From the NCBI GenBank assembly GCA_029858565.1, contig JAOUEV010000017.1, positions 1 through 55,543 on the forward strand: 55,543 bases of DNA. Reading direction: 5' to 3'. Position numbers and translations under genes: made by a program. The DNA is from Nitrospirota bacterium (GTDB lineage Bacteria > Nitrospirota > UBA9217). Under the pieces are notes generated by a model, which saw only the letters and a list, made by a program, of their open reading frames with translations, was not told the DNA's origin and did not search any database. Shown here piece after piece: positions 12,750 through 23,190 of this stretch (position 1 is the stretch's first letter; the number at the start of each line of letters is the position of its first letter).

Positions 12750-13229
12750 ATGCAAACCAAAGTTAGGACCGTTCCCGAACTCGTTCCCCTGCTCTCCATC
12801 CTGCGCGCTGCCGGCAAGAAGATCGTCTTCACCAACGGCTGCTTCGATCTCATCCACCCAGGCCACACGCGCTATCTCGCCATAGCAAAATCCCTGGGCG
12901 ACATTCTCGTCATCGCCGTGAACAGCGACTCATCGGTCCGCACCATCAAAGGCCATAAACGGCCGATCAACAACCAGAACGACCGGGCAGAGACCCTGGC
13001 CGCCCTCGAAGCCGTGGATTTTGTCACGATCTTCGACGAGCCCGATCCTTACCTGGTCATCTCGGCTCTCCAGCCGGACGTGCTGGTGAAAGGCGGCGAT
13101 TGGCCGATCGAGAAGATCATCGGACGGGACGTGGTGCAGGCGCGGGGCGGCAGGGTCGTGAACGTGCCTTACGTGGAAGGAGCTTCAACAACGGGGATCA
13201 TTGAGAAGATTTTGAAGACTTACAAATAG
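12750..13229 (+). CDS. rfaE2: D-glycero-beta-D-manno-heptose 1-phosphate adenylyltransferase
   Basis: VFTNGCFDLIHPGH, AVNSDSSV, LVKGGDW, STTGII. Confidence 0.93.
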   Translation: MQTKVRTVPELVPLLSILRAAGKKIVFTNGCFDLIHPGHTRYLAIAKSLGDILVIAVNSDSSVRTIKGHKRPINNQNDRAETLAALEAVDFVTIFDEPDPYLVISALQPDVLVKGGDWPIEKIIGRDVVQARGGRVVNVPYVEGASTTGIIEKILKTYK

Positions 13230-13234
13230 GAACT

Positions 13235-13624
13235 CTATTCTTTTCGCTTTTTCCTGGCCTTTTCATCCTCTATAGCATAGAGAGTTGCATCATCATACCC
13301 GAAATAATGCCCGATCTCGTGCATGACCGTGTCCAGCACGATCTCTTCGATCTCAGTGTCCGTCCGGCTGTCCCGTTCGATCGGCCGCTGGTAGATCACG
13401 ATCCGGTCCGGCAGCATATTCCCGTAGTTCCATTCCCGCTCGGTCAGCGGCGTTCCCTGGTACAGGCCGTAGAGCGAACCGTCATCGATCCCCAGGTCTT
13501 CCAACAGGTCTTCCGAAGGTTCGTTCTCCACTTCCACGATGATATTGCGCAGCGCCGTGCTGAACTTCCTGGGAAGCCGTTCCAGGGACCGTTCGACGAG
13601 TTTTTCAAAGGCAGGACGGTTCAT
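13235..13624 (-). CDS. Zincin-like metallopeptidase (Zincin_1/DUF1025)
   Basis: LYGLYQGTPL, PDRIVIYQRPI, HEIGHYFG; start re-called at MNRPAF (13624). Confidence 0.85.
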   Translation of the reverse strand: MNRPAFEKLVERSLERLPRKFSTALRNIIVEVENEPSEDLLEDLGIDDGSLYGLYQGTPLTEREWNYGNMLPDRIVIYQRPIERDSRTDTEIEEIVLDTVMHEIGHYFGYDDATLYAIEDEKARKKRKE

Positions 13625-13625
13625 A

Positions 13626-14099
13626 TCACGGTCGCCTCTGCCCCCCGCTCTTCCGCCGGTGCCATTCCTCCCACTGACTGAATTTGGGAAAGTTCGTGCC
13701 AAAGAAGAATGAGGAGATGAGCAGGAAAAGATAGAAATCCGTGGTGTTCCTTCCCAGAACGTACAAAACCAGGCCGAAGATCGCCGGGACTTCGCAGAGC
13801 GCAAAAGTGACGATGGCCGCTGTCGTGAGCGGACCGAACTCCGCGGGACTGCCGGTCTGCGAGGCGTCGGCGTTGATGATCCTGCTGCTCAGAAAACGCA
13901 TCAGGGGAAAGAGTGCCGCCGAGATCCCCAGGAAAACGAACTTGATCATATCCAGCATGCCGCCCGCCATCGCCGTTCCTCCGAGCGGAATGGTCCCGTT
14001 CTCGAACAGGCCCACGATGACCGCGTAGACCACCAAGCTCGCCATGATCGCCAGGCCGATGATCACCACAACGCGGTATGCAGCCCGAAGCTTATCCAT
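13626..14099 (-). CDS. Hypothetical membrane protein (about 4 TM)
   Basis: Hydrophobic segments, ALCEVPAIFGLV; AGGAGG RBS. Confidence 0.75.
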   Translation of the reverse strand: MDKLRAAYRVVVIIGLAIMASLVVYAVIVGLFENGTIPLGGTAMAGGMLDMIKFVFLGISAALFPLMRFLSSRIINADASQTGSPAEFGPLTTAAIVTFALCEVPAIFGLVLYVLGRNTTDFYLFLLISSFFFGTNFPKFSQWEEWHRRKSGGQRRP

Positions 14100-14427
14100 T
14101 CTGTTCCTCCTTTAGATCAGGATGCTTTGCTCCAATGTTTTCTTAGTTTCCGCTGTCTGACTGACACCGACAGCCTCACTCCAGGCGACTTCAAGCGAAA
14201 TAAGAGTTATTGCCAGAATGATCAGAGATGTAAGCCTTGTCAGTTTTGTCATAGGCAAGTGCCTCAGTGGCAGGTCGGGTAGAGCAAGGCGAAACCCGAC
14301 AAACTTCTCATTCTTTACCGCAGCGGAAGAAATCGCGACATTTACGCACTGCATGTCGGATTTCACTGCGTTCTATCCGACATTCGAATTTCCTTCCGCC
14401 GCCTGTTAATCTCCTACCTATGGCTGA

Positions 14428-14619
14428 TTATTGTCGAGTCCGATAGATATGCCCGCTTCCAATGAGTGCGACGGCAATGCTCCAGTCGAGCACAGCCACG
14501 CCGAGCAGGAAGGCGTACTTTCCGGCGGCAAGCAGAAGACTCCCTTTTGTCATCAGTACGATGCCGCCGCTAAACCACAGGGCTGCGGCCAGTATCTTCA
14601 GAGTATGATGTTTTTCCAT
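14428..14619 (-). pseudogene. Short membrane-protein ORF, possibly an internally deleted remnant
   Basis: 63 aa MEKHHTLKILAAALWFSGG...GVAVLDWSIAVALIGS, two hydrophobic stretches; resembles the joined ends of a longer membrane protein (recollection only). Confidence 0.35.
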
Positions 14620-14721
14620 TATGAGAAATTCATTTTGCTGCAAATCATTGTCAAGCCCAACCAGTGTTTGTCTAGTTGGGGCTAAGTCGTAAAGACCGGA
14701 TTTTCGGTGTATACCAACCTG

Positions 14722-14736
14722 GCAATCAATATGCCA
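14722..14736 (-). promoter_or_regulatory. Putative sigma54 (-24/-12) promoter
   Basis: Minus strand TGGCAT-ATTGA-TTGC matches TGGCAC-N5-TTGC. Confidence 0.45.
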
Positions 14737-14869
14737 GCTGGCAGGTTGTGTGAACAACGTGAAGCCAGAAAGCTTCTGCCGTAATTCATGCCGGACGCAC
14801 GAACGTACCCGACAAGTCTCATCTACCTCACCCACCCCGTATTATTCGCCCAGCATACCTCTATCAATC

Positions 14870-14903
14870 AAAAAAGCCGGAGACTTTTCAATCTCCGGCT
14901 TTT
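14870..14903 (-). terminator. Bidirectional intrinsic terminator after eno
   Basis: AAAAGCCGGAGA-cttttcaa-TCTCCGGCTTTT. Confidence 0.85.
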
Positions 14904-14927
14904 GACGTTTACGATCATGCTCTCCTT

Positions 14928-16220
<1,293 letters not shown>

Positions 16221-16265
16221 TCAGTGTGGATGATTTCGGGCTTCAGATTATCGGGGGTGGTGTTA

Positions 16266-16289
16266 AATCCGCAATCCGCAATCCGCAAT
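16266..16289. repeat. Heptamer tandem repeat (AATCCGC)n
   Basis: Three perfect copies plus AAT, directly after the PGM stop. Confidence 0.85.
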
Positions 16290-17720
16290 TTACTTGCCTA
16301 ACACGTACTTCCTTCCCGCTTCGATCAGGTCTTTGATCTTCTCTTCAGATGAGGACTCCACATAGACCCTGACCACGGGCTCGGTGCCCGAGGCGCGCAT
16401 CAGGACCCAGGAATCGTCGTCGATCATGTATTTGGTGCCGTCAGCGGTGGTTTTCTTGCCTTTCACCCGGAAACCGTTCAGCTCGGTCATCGGCAGGCTC
16501 AAACGCTCGCCCACTTCCTTGCGGTTCGATTCATCGAGGTGGATGTTGATGCGATGGTTGATGATCGTGCCAACTTCCTTGAAAAGCCGCTTCAGCAGCT
16601 CCTTCAGGGTCTTCCGCTCCTTGGCCACCATCTCGGCCATGAGCAGGCAGGCGATGATCCCGTCCTTCTCAGGAACATGGTCCTTGATCGTGAGCCCGGC
16701 GCTTTCCTCGCCCCCGAAGATGATCTTTCCCTGCACCAGCAGGTCGCCGATGTACTTGAATCCGACGCCGGTCTCGTAAACCTCGATGCCGTGCTTCTTT
16801 GCCACTGCATCAACAAGGTGGGACGTGGCGATAGAACGCGCGGCGCCGCCCTTCCATCCGCGGCTTCGGCAGAGATAGTCGAGCACCAGGGCAAGAACCT
16901 GGTTCGGGTTGATATAGGTGCCGTCCGTGTCCACGATGCCAAAACGGTCAGCATCGCCGTCCACCGAAAGGCCGATGTCGAACTTGCCCTTTTTCAGGAT
17001 ACCCGCGAGCTCCGTCAGGTTCTCCTCGGAGGGTTCCGGCGCGTGTCCGCCGAAGAAAGCGTCGCGATGGCCGTGGATCGCCGTGACAGCGCAGCCGGCA
17101 TCATTCAGCACCGCGTCAAGATATCCCCTGCCTGTGCCATACAGGAGATCGACGCCGACCCGCAGCTTCGCCTTCCTGATCAGATCGAAATCGATCTTCT
17201 TCCGCAGGTCCTCGAGATAGCACTTGCGGAAATCAATTTCCTCGATCAGCCCTTTGGACTTCGCATCTGCCAGACCGAGAGACGGGATGTTATTCTTCTC
17301 AAGAAGCGCATTCGCCCGGGTTTCGATGTCCTTGGTCGTTTCAGGAAGCGCGGGGCCGCCCCAGGCAGGAGAGAACTTGAGGCCGTTATATTCGGGCGGA
17401 TTGTGGCTAGCCGTGAAGTTGATGCCGCCGGCTGCCTTGCGGCGCAGTATTTCGAAGGACACCACCGGGGTCGGCACATCGCGGTTAGACAGGAACGACC
17501 GCATGCCGTTCGCAGCGAACACACGCGCCGACTCCACCGCGAACCGCTCGGAAAGGAACCGGGTGTCGTATCCGATGACAACACCCTTCTCTTTCAGTCC
17601 CTGCGCAGCAAGGTGGTCGGCAATTGCCTGCGTGACCGCGCGCACTCGCGCGAAGGTAAAATCATCGGCGATCACGCCGCGCCATCCTGATGTGCCGAAC
17701 TTTATCTTAGGTGACGTCAT
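16290..17720 (-). CDS. Phosphoglucomutase/phosphomannomutase family protein
   Basis: FGTSGWRG, TASHNP phosphoserine motif, DGDADR, GGEESAG, RASGTEP. Confidence 0.95.
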   Translation of the reverse strand: MTSPKIKFGTSGWRGVIADDFTFARVRAVTQAIADHLAAQGLKEKGVVIGYDTRFLSERFAVESARVFAANGMRSFLSNRDVPTPVVSFEILRRKAAGGINFTASHNPPEYNGLKFSPAWGGPALPETTKDIETRANALLEKNNIPSLGLADAKSKGLIEEIDFRKCYLEDLRKKIDFDLIRKAKLRVGVDLLYGTGRGYLDAVLNDAGCAVTAIHGHRDAFFGGHAPEPSEENLTELAGILKKGKFDIGLSVDGDADRFGIVDTDGTYINPNQVLALVLDYLCRSRGWKGGAARSIATSHLVDAVAKKHGIEVYETGVGFKYIGDLLVQGKIIFGGEESAGLTIKDHVPEKDGIIACLLMAEMVAKERKTLKELLKRLFKEVGTIINHRINIHLDESNRKEVGERLSLPMTELNGFRVKGKKTTADGTKYMIDDDSWVLMRASGTEPVVRVYVESSSEEKIKDLIEAGRKYVLGK

Positions 17721-17817
17721 CTTGATTCAAAAAATATCATAACCGCATCATCTTTGCAACAGAAAACGCCGGAACCGAAAAACAAATATGAGATCCTTTG
17801 ACAGGAAGAACCTGTTT

Positions 17818-18297
17818 CTATATCTGAATGATCTCCGCCCGGATATCATCTCCGAGCGTCACTATAGCAACGGAATTGTAGGGAGCGTGCACCTTGTCCG
17901 TCGGACTTCCGGGATTCAGGAACAACATGTCCCCGTGCTTTCCAAAGAAAGGCTGGTGCGAATGACCGTACACGATCAGGTCCACCTTGTCGAACTCCTT
18001 CCGGATCATGTCCCGCTGAATGTCTATCTTATACTTTCCGTGGATCAGACCGACGTGGTATTTGCCGAGCTGCAGGACCTTCTTCTGGGGAAGCCGCTGT
18101 TGTTCCGCCGGGCCGTCCATGTTCCCGGCCACAGCCTCGACCGGCGCAAGGCTGCGAAGTTCATCAAGGACCGCAAGCTCGGTGATGTCACCGGCATGAA
18201 GAATGAGGTCAACATCCTGAAAAAGCTCGAATACCTTTGCGGGAAGATGGTGGTGTGGAACAGGGACGTGGGTGTCGGAAAGAACGCCGATTTTCAT
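17818..18297 (-). CDS. Metallophosphoesterase (YfcE/MJ0936 family)
   Basis: SDTH, HAGD, GNMD, GHSH, NPGS motifs. Confidence 0.9.
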   Translation of the reverse strand: MKIGVLSDTHVPVPHHHLPAKVFELFQDVDLILHAGDITELAVLDELRSLAPVEAVAGNMDGPAEQQRLPQKKVLQLGKYHVGLIHGKYKIDIQRDMIRKEFDKVDLIVYGHSHQPFFGKHGDMLFLNPGSPTDKVHAPYNSVAIVTLGDDIRAEIIQI

Positions 18298-18388
18298 GAG
18301 CAACAAGCTCCAAACGCAGAATGATGTTTCGATACTGAGGGTACTGAAGATAATTCGAACTTTTCCGAATCTTCCGTGGCTGATAAAT

Positions 18389-19639
18389 CTATGTTTTAAC
18401 TCGTGATCTTACCTCTTCAACGACCCTGTCCAGCGAGACCGCGATCTGCTCCTTGGTCGCCATGTTCCGCAGAACCGCTGTCCGCGAGACCATCTCCTGC
18501 TCACCGACGATAAGGGTGTAAGCGGCTTCGTACTTGTCAGCCTTTTTCATCTGGCTCTTGAGGCTTGCGCCGGTGTAATCGGTCTCAACGCCGATCCCCT
18601 CGTTCCGCAATGCATGGACCACCGGCAGCATGAGACCGACCGCCGCGTTTCCGAGCGCTGCTATGTACAGCTGCGGTCTTCTGGGCTTGAGCAATTCGGT
18701 GTTCAAGAGAGAGACAGCGCGCTCCACTCCCAGTGCGAATCCGATGCCCGGGATGGCCGGCCCGCCGATCTCTTTCACCAGCCCGTCGTACCGTCCGCCT
18801 GCTGCGACCGTGTTCTGGGCGCCGGCGTGTTCCATCACGAGCTCGAAGGTGGTACGCGTGTAATAGTCGAGCCCCCGCACCAGACGCGGGTTCACCACAA
18901 AGGGAATGCCGAGGGTTTTCAAGCCCGTTTCAACGACCGCGAAGTGGTCCTTGCAGTCGCCGCACAAATGGTCCAGCATGACCGGAGAGTCCGCGAACTT
19001 TTCCGCGTCAACCTTGCAGTCCAGTACGCGGAGCGGATTGGTCTCGTACCTTCTCTGGCAATCAGCGCAAAGATCAGGAAGTTTTGCCTTGAGATACCGC
19101 TTTAACACATCACGGTATCCGTCCCTGCAGGCAGCATCGCCAAGGGAATTCACCTGCAGCGTAAGACCGGTTATCCCGAGCCTTGCGAACAAACGGTGGA
19201 GCATTACCAGGATCTCAATGTCAACGTGCGGGTGCGTGCCGCCGAGGGATTCCACGCCGACCTGGTGGAACTGGCGGTATCTCCCCTTCTGCGGCCGCTC
19301 GTGCCGGAACATGGGCCCCATGTAATAGAGCTTCACGAGCTGGTTGTCGGCATAGAGCTTGTGCTCGATGAGTGCCCGCACAACACCGGCGGTTCCCTCG
19401 GGACGGAGGGTAAGCTTCCTGCCGTCACGGTCATCAAAGGTATACATCTCCTTCTCGACAATATCCGTGGAAGCGCCGATGCTGCGCGCAAAGAGTTCCG
19501 TATATTCGAACACCGGCACCCTGATCTCCGAGAATCCGTAGTTCTCGAATATCTCGCGAGCAATCTTTTCCAGATGCTGCCACGCCGGCATGTCAGCCGG
19601 AAGAATGTCCTTGACGCCTTTAATAGCCTGTATGCTCAA
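18389..19639 (-). CDS. hisS: Histidyl-tRNA synthetase
   Basis: LRPEGTA, FRHERPQKGRYRQF, VRGLDYY, GGRYDGL. Confidence 0.97.
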   Translation of the reverse strand: MSIQAIKGVKDILPADMPAWQHLEKIAREIFENYGFSEIRVPVFEYTELFARSIGASTDIVEKEMYTFDDRDGRKLTLRPEGTAGVVRALIEHKLYADNQLVKLYYMGPMFRHERPQKGRYRQFHQVGVESLGGTHPHVDIEILVMLHRLFARLGITGLTLQVNSLGDAACRDGYRDVLKRYLKAKLPDLCADCQRRYETNPLRVLDCKVDAEKFADSPVMLDHLCGDCKDHFAVVETGLKTLGIPFVVNPRLVRGLDYYTRTTFELVMEHAGAQNTVAAGGRYDGLVKEIGGPAIPGIGFALGVERAVSLLNTELLKPRRPQLYIAALGNAAVGLMLPVVHALRNEGIGVETDYTGASLKSQMKKADKYEAAYTLIVGEQEMVSRTAVLRNMATKEQIAVSLDRVVEEVRSRVKT

Positions 19640-19686
19640 CGCATGCTCCTTACCGCAATCGAAGTTCTTTGAATATTGGTGCTGTT

Positions 19687-19717
19687 ATTCCGAAATCCGC
19701 ATTCCGCAATCCGAAAT
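19687..19717. repeat. Degenerate heptamer tandem repeat (A[AT]TCCG[CA])
   Basis: attccga aatccgc attccgc aatccga aat. Confidence 0.75.
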
Positions 19718-19721
19718 TATC

Positions 19722-20522
19722 TTATGGTTTTCTCAGCAGTTTCCAGGGATGTTTCTTCACTTCTGCGGTGAAGTCCTTGATATTATCGGAAACTTCCTTC
19801 ATGTTCTCCATGGTGGCATCGACCTGCTTCCGGTTCTCTCCCATCAGCACATCGGTCTTCGCGCTCACATCGCGCAGATTCGCGATACTTTCATCGAGCT
19901 TTTTGATCATCTCAGGAAGCGTCTTGAGAGCAGCGGCGACCTCGTCCTTGCTCGAGGTCATGGTCTTGACGTTCGCCGTCACATCCTGCACGTTCGCGAT
20001 CGTGGCTTTGATCTTTACGGCCATCTCCGGGTCACCGGCAATACGGTCCAGGTTCGCTGCGATGTTCTTCAGCTTGTTCACGACCTCCATGCCAGCCTTG
20101 GTCAGATCCTCCATCTTGAGCGATTCTTCTCCCTTGATCACGGATCCTTCCTTCAGCATCTTTGCCGTCGAGGTTCCGCTGGTCAGCTCAACGTATTTCC
20201 CGCCGACCAGCCCCAGGCTCTTGATCGCCGCCTTGGAGTCCTCCCGCACGACCGCGTCGCTGAACACGCTCAGGCTCAGCTCGACCTGGTCCCCTTTGTC
20301 GGGATTCACCCGGATGTCCGTGACCTTTCCTACCTTGATGCCCGAGATCCTGACCTGGGCGTTCTTCTCGATGCCGTCGCTGAAAGAGAAGACGACCTTC
20401 ATCTCCTTCTTCTTCTTGAACAGGCTCTGGATATCGCTCACCGCGAACACCATCACCACAAGGATGGCAAAGGCGGACAGGAGGAAAATACCGGCCCGGA
20501 TCTCACTTCTTCTGTATTCCAT
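19722..20522 (-). CDS. mlaD: MCE/MlaD family protein
   Basis: N-terminal TM helix, VRISGIKVGKV, GLVGGKYVEL, helical tail ending HPWKLL. Confidence 0.88.
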   Translation of the reverse strand: MEYRRSEIRAGIFLLSAFAILVVMVFAVSDIQSLFKKKKEMKVVFSFSDGIEKNAQVRISGIKVGKVTDIRVNPDKGDQVELSLSVFSDAVVREDSKAAIKSLGLVGGKYVELTSGTSTAKMLKEGSVIKGEESLKMEDLTKAGMEVVNKLKNIAANLDRIAGDPEMAVKIKATIANVQDVTANVKTMTSSKDEVAAALKTLPEMIKKLDESIANLRDVSAKTDVLMGENRKQVDATMENMKEVSDNIKDFTAEVKKHPWKLLRKP

Positions 20523-20538
20523 AATTTACCTCTATACA

Positions 20539-20573
20539 AATCCGAAATCCGCAATCTACAATCCGCAATCTGA
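20539..20573. repeat. Heptamer tandem repeat (AATCCGC-like x5)
   Basis: aatccga aatccgc aatctac aatccgc aatctga. Confidence 0.8.
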
Positions 20574-21359
20574 TCATCCTACCAGCAGATCCTCGCGGTA
20601 GTCCTTGCTCGACGCGCTGAAAGAGATCGGTCCGTCAGGACTTCCGGTGATGAACTGCTGCACCAGCGGATCGGCGCTCTGGCGTATCTCCTGGGGCGTT
20701 CCCTCGGCAAGCACCTTTCCCATGTACAGAATGACGATCTTATCGGCGCTTTTCATGGCTTCTTCGACCGCATGGGTCACCACAACACAGGTGATTCCCA
20801 GCAGACGGTTCAGGTCCGAGATGAGTTTGGTGATCACCGAGGTCATGATCGGATCGAGCCCGGAGGTCGGCTCGTCAAAGAATACCACTTCCGGGTCCAG
20901 CGCCAACGCACGGGCCAGGGCTACGCGCTTCTGCATTCCGCCTGAAAGATGGTTCGGCAGCAGGTCTTCGAAATCGCGGAGTCCCACCATCTCAAGCTTC
21001 ATCTTGACCATGATCTTGATGATGTTATCGTCAAGCGTCGTGTGCCAGCGCATCGGAAGCGCCACGTTCTCGCCCACCGAGAGCGCGTTGATCAGCGCTC
21101 CGTGCTGGAACAGCATGCCGATCTTCTTGCGATAAGGATCGAGCCCCCGGCCGTGAAGACCGGTGATATCGGTGTCGTGAAACAGGATCTGGCCGTCATC
21201 GGGCTTGAGCGCGCCCACCATGGCCTTGAGCAGCGTGCTCTTGCCTCCGCCGCTCGTGCCGAAGATGTAGGTCACCTTCTTCTGCTCCGCGGTGAACGAG
21301 ACGCCGTTCAGTATCCTGCGGTTACCGAAGGACTTATGGATGTTCTTGACGGTGATCAT
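20574..21359 (-). CDS. mlaF: ABC transporter ATP-binding protein, MlaF/Mkl family
   Basis: GTSGGGKS, LSGGMQKRVALARA, FDEPTSGLDP, DPLVQQFI. Confidence 0.9.
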   Translation of the reverse strand: MITVKNIHKSFGNRRILNGVSFTAEQKKVTYIFGTSGGGKSTLLKAMVGALKPDDGQILFHDTDITGLHGRGLDPYRKKIGMLFQHGALINALSVGENVALPMRWHTTLDDNIIKIMVKMKLEMVGLRDFEDLLPNHLSGGMQKRVALARALALDPEVVFFDEPTSGLDPIMTSVITKLISDLNRLLGITCVVVTHAVEEAMKSADKIVILYMGKVLAEGTPQEIRQSADPLVQQFITGSPDGPISFSASSKDYREDLLVG

Positions 21360-21381
21360 TACCAATCCTATTCAAAATAGC

Positions 21382-21510
21382 ATAACCACAGGCGGCTGCG
21401 CCGCACACAGATTGAATCAAGGTCAACATCTCTGTTGATCAGATAGCCGCCGATAGCAGCCTATCTGCAGATATTCTGCTCCGCATCTAACCGTGTTCAT
21501 CCGTGGTTAT
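21382..21510. repeat. REP/MITE-like palindromic intergenic element
   Basis: Terminal inverted repeat ATAACCAC/GTGGTTAT, internal CAGATAG/CTATCTG hairpin. Confidence 0.5.
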
Positions 21511-21530
21511 TACCGGCAGATATGGCCCCA

Positions 21531-22319
21531 TTAACCATAGAACGCCGTGGTCATCACCGTGTCCAGGATGATGATGGCCAGGGTGGACCAGACGACCGAG
21601 ATCATGGTGGACTTTCCGACCTCTTCGGCGCTTCCTTCGACCACCAGGCCCCGGTAGCAGCCGATCATGACGATCGCCATGGCAAAGACCGTTGCCTTGA
21701 CCACGCCGGAAGCAACATCAGTGAAGCTCAGCACTTCCAGGGTCTCGCGTACGTAGGTGTCCGGCCTGATCCCGAGCCGGGTCGAGCCGAACAGGAATCC
21801 ACCCAGGACCGCGGTAAAGCTGCCCAGGACGGTTAGCGCAGGCAGTGCGATGAGCAGGCCGATGAACCGTTGCACAACAAGGAATCGCACGGGATTGATC
21901 GCCATGGTCTCGAGCGCAAGGATCTCTTCTGACACCTTCATCGTGCCGATCCGCGCCGTGATCGCCGCGCCCACCCTGCCGGCCACGATAAGGGCCGTGA
22001 TCAGGGGGCCCATTTCCCGGAAGATCGCGACGCTCACGAATCCCGGTATATAGCTCAGACCGCCGAGTTCCTTGAGCTGGAACGAGATCAGAACTGTCAG
22101 CGCGATCCCCAGGAGCGATGTGACGATCAGGACAAGCGGCAGCGAGTGCGTGCCGACCTCATCGACCGCCTGTAGAACGTTCGTTTTCCTGAACTTGGTC
22201 CGGTCGGAGAAGAGCGCCACGGTCTGGGAGACCGTTTCACCGAACAGATAGGTGAGGCTCGAGAGGTCCTGCAGGAAGGTGAAGAACATCCTGCCGACAT
22301 AACCAAAGAGTTTTATCAC
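21531..22319 (-). CDS. mlaE: ABC transporter permease, MlaE family
   Basis: REMGPLITALIVAGRVGAAITARIGTMKVSEEI. Confidence 0.92.
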   Translation of the reverse strand: MIKLFGYVGRMFFTFLQDLSSLTYLFGETVSQTVALFSDRTKFRKTNVLQAVDEVGTHSLPLVLIVTSLLGIALTVLISFQLKELGGLSYIPGFVSVAIFREMGPLITALIVAGRVGAAITARIGTMKVSEEILALETMAINPVRFLVVQRFIGLLIALPALTVLGSFTAVLGGFLFGSTRLGIRPDTYVRETLEVLSFTDVASGVVKATVFAMAIVMIGCYRGLVVEGSAEEVGKSTMISVVWSTLAIIILDTVMTTAFYG

Positions 22320-22386
22320 TTACATCCCCATGTTCGCTTCAGATCTCCCTTCGCGATGCATATCGGCGATCGGGGGTCCGAAAATC

Positions 22387-22728
22387 CTATATACCGTTCA
22401 AAGCGTCGTTCATGCTCGGAAAGATCTGGAAGATGCTGGAAAGCCGGGCGAGTTCGAACACATCGCGCACCGAGGGACTCGGTTCCACAAGCCGCAATTT
22501 CATTCCCTGTTTCATGCAGTTCTGCATGGTCTCAACGAGCGTTGCTATTCCGGAGCTGTCCATGTAGCGAACGCCGGAGAGATTGATCAGAAGCGCCTTG
22601 GATCCACCCGTTTTGAACACCTCTGCGATGCTGGTGCGCACATCCGGAGAGGTGTTCATGTCCACATCTCCTATGAGCTTGACCACCGTGCCCGCGCTGA
22701 TCTTTTCCGTTATGATCTCTACCTTCAT
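22387..22728 (-). CDS. STAS domain anti-sigma factor antagonist
   Basis: LIGDVD, VRYMDSSGIATL with the conserved phosphorylatable Ser. Confidence 0.9.
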   Translation of the reverse strand: MKVEIITEKISAGTVVKLIGDVDMNTSPDVRTSIAEVFKTGGSKALLINLSGVRYMDSSGIATLVETMQNCMKQGMKLRLVEPSPSVRDVFELARLSSIFQIFPSMNDALNGI

Positions 22729-23168
22729 GTTTTCACCTGCTGTTTTTGCTTGTCCAGCGTCAGGAGCGTGCCCTGCTCCAGGCTTGTGTCATAGGTGACC
22801 GCTTCAAATACCACTGCCATGAAATGGGTCCCCAGACCGCCCGGGCGGATGTCGTCAAGCGCGCGCGGCGCAATGGCGGAGCGGTCCGCTTTCTTCCCGT
22901 AGTCGCGGAGGGAGACCACGAACCGTTCGGGCTCATCGAGGACCGTGATGGTGACGGCCTTGTCGGGATCACCCCCGTATGCGTGCCTGATGATGTTCGA
23001 GCATGCCTCGTCCACGGCCAGCACGATATGGCGGGCCCCCTTCTTCCCGAACCCGGCATCCACGGCGAGCGGATAGAGCATGCTGCGGATGATGTAGAGA
23101 AAGCGCGGATGGCTCGGCACGGTAAGGGTGACCGCTTGCGGCTGCACTGTCGTTCTTGTGTCCGTCAT
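22725..23168 (-). CDS. RsbW/SpoIIAB-like anti-sigma Ser kinase (HATPase_c_2)
   Basis: LAVDEACSNIIRHAY, DYG, RPGGLG. Confidence 0.9.
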   Translation of the reverse strand: MTDTRTTVQPQAVTLTVPSHPRFLYIIRSMLYPLAVDAGFGKKGARHIVLAVDEACSNIIRHAYGGDPDKAVTITVLDEPERFVVSLRDYGKKADRSAIAPRALDDIRPGGLGTHFMAVVFEAVTYDTSLEQGTLLTLDKQKQQVKT

Positions 23169-23190
23169 CTGTCGCTCTTCCCCGGGACGG

